Source: Plasmodiophora brassicae
Taxonomy: Eukaryota
DNA length: 64,000 nucleotides
Assembly (NCBI GenBank): GCA_036867785.1
Contig: CP145424.1
Span: forward strand, 1 to 64,000
Direction: 5' to 3'
Position numbers and translations under genes: made by a program. Shown piece after piece: positions 62,001 to 64,000 of the stretch. Position 1 is the first letter of the stretch, and each line of letters begins with the position of its first letter. The notes under the pieces are model-generated. The model saw only the letters and a list, made by a program, of their open reading frames with translations, ran no database searches and had not been told where the DNA came from.

Positions 62001-64000
62001 TTCCGGGCGACGCGGCGCATCATGTCCCGCCAGGACCGGTCGGCGTCGGCGAACCGTCGCGCCTCGTTCGGCAGCTGTTTGAGGATGTCGGGCGACGTGA
62101 AGATGGGCTCGAGCTCCGTCCACGTGGTCTGGCACGTCGCCCAGCTGTCCAGGACGTTGCCGACCAGGGTCAGCCGGCGGACCCAGTCGTCGACCTCGTC
62201 CTTGAAGTTCGCCACGAACCGCGACGACTGCATCGTCTGCAACGTCAGCTGGCTGTCCTCGAGGTTGGCGATCAGGCCGTCGAGCTGTACGAGCACGAAC
62301 GCGTCGTTGCTGTCCCGGTAGGGCGCCAGCGACAGGTCCAGGGCCTCCCATGTGGAGCGCGTGCTGGCCAGCGCCGTCGAGATGGCGTGCTCGCCGACGG
62401 CCGTGGCGACCGTGTCGGCGATGAGGTCCTTGTGCCCAAGCAGGTTGATGGCGCGGATCTTGACCAGGTCCAGCGGGTCGCCCTGGACGAACACGTGGCC
62501 GACGTAGGCGAACATGGCCTCCCAGTGCTTGGTGCGCATGGATTTGTTGCCGAGGTCCAGGATCACGGGCATCGTCGCCTTCCATTCGTCGATCTGCGCG
62601 CGCACCAGCGACGTCAGGGGCGACGGGTCCTTCTTGGCGACCCGGGCAATGTCGCGAGCGAATCGGTTGACGCTGTTGTTCATGGCCTCAACGTCGAGCG
62701 TCAGGAACGGCGCCGTTTCCCATTGGGCCACGCTCGCCAGCCAGTCCCGGTACAGGGTCCAGAACTCGCGCCGCGTCTCGAACTTGGCCTTCGCGTCGGC
62801 CAGCGAGGCGAACGGGTACAGGTCGATGTCGAACGTCGCCTGGAACGTGTTTAGCGTCGACGCCTGCTCCGCTAACGCGTTCAGCGCCGTCCCGATACGG
62901 TCGACTTCGACGAGGACGTCGCCGGGGCCGGCCTGCACGTCCGTGAAGATGCCTTGCGACAGGGCGGCATCCACCAGGGTGACCTCGCTGTTCAGCTTCG
63001 AGATGCCCGAGTCGACCTGCTCCCGCATGGCCGGCATCCGCATCGCCGACCTGTCCATCTCGACGATGATGCGCTCGGCGAACGTCTTCTTCGCCGACCG
63101 CAGCTCGTCGAGCAGGACGGCGTCCTGCGACGGCAGCGCCAGCTTGTGCACCGAGTTCGTCAGCAGGTCGTACATCAGCTCGACCTGGTCGTTCAGCTTC
63201 AGCATGTTGGCCATGTCCTGCTTGAACTTCTTCTGGATGGCGATGTGCTCGGCGAACGCCTTCAGCGTCGTCGGCTCGACGCCGAGCGCCGCCGTCCTCG
63301 ACGTGAACAGCCGCAGGACGCTGTCGCACTTGTCGTGGAACGACTCGAGCAGCAGCTCCTCCATCTCCACGATCGCCTTGTCGACGAGCGGCAGCATCTG
63401 GTTCTTCAGCTTGCGCGACTCGATGTGGAAGATGCCGACCGGGTACCCGGGGCGCATGTTCCGGTCGATGTCGGTGTGCCACGCCGTCTGCTTCGACATG
63501 CAGGCCTGGATCTCCTCGACGGACGGCTGCTGCGCCCGGAACCTGGCAATGTCCCAGCGCTCGCCGAAGTCGAACACCTCGCGCCACTGCTCGAACACCT
63601 GCGCGATCTGCGTCGCCGACTCGAAATCGCGACGAACGCGCTGCTCGATCGCCGCGCACGTCTCGCTGAACAGGGCGCTGTCGCGTATCGTCCCGGCGAC
63701 GTTCGGTTCGGCAGCGCCGGCGACCATGCCCTTGAAGGTCGGCATCTGCAGCAGCCGAGGCACGGATTCCACCGTCGATATCGTGCCGTCGATCGTCTTG
63801 CTGACGATCGACACGACGTCGGCGTCGTTGAGGCCGAACGCCAGGGCGCCATCGGATCCGTACGAGACGGTCGTCTGGAACAGGCCGGTTTTGCGCGGCG
63901 CCTGGAGCACCTCCAGGAACTCGCTGTTGGTCGACAGCGTCAGCTGGACGAGGTTCTCGACGGCCATGTAGTCGATCAGGCGCACGAACGTGCCGAGCAT
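53022..64000 (-). CDS. Divergent axonemal-type dynein heavy chain (5' end outside the window)
   Basis: Linker (WTELEPIFTSPDILKQLPNE, YLETKRIRFPRLYFLSDDEML), RYGYEYFG across intron 61032-61253, four P-loops, stalk/MTBD, RWPLLLDPQGQGNRWVK, MYQFPL and terminal EWARRPVALF. Confidence 0.93.

Overview
This window is the left end of a chromosome from a compact, GC-rich eukaryote with short introns and flagellar genes. The TTTTAGGG telomere and gene style suggest a phytomyxid such as Plasmodiophora brassicae; that identification is inference. Layout: (1) 1-401, telomeric (CCCTAAAA)n. (2) 0.4-13 kb, a subtelomere with a large orphan ORF that is open up to the telomere, two USP-like protease copies, a family of degenerate ~1.45-kb repeats and a hAT-derived non-autonomous element with an 8-bp TSD. 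(3) 13.5-42 kb, dense housekeeping genes: TACC-like, nucleotide-sugar transporter, ATAD3, C2H2 protein, GRK-like kinase, NEK, EF-hand protein, DDX6, ADP/ATP carrier, LRR protein, ODA docking-complex subunit, FYVE-SH3 protein, LUC7, Zn2Cys6 factor and POLE2. (4) 42-50 kb, a mobile or rearranged island containing a decayed MULE, an intronless HExxH gene, a 783-bp abutting double hairpin and an apparently intact DD35D pogo element that carries a second HIRAN-like ORF. (5) Ran, followed by a dynein heavy chain with a degenerate motor but conserved stalk that runs off the right edge. All exon structures and coordinates were read by eye.
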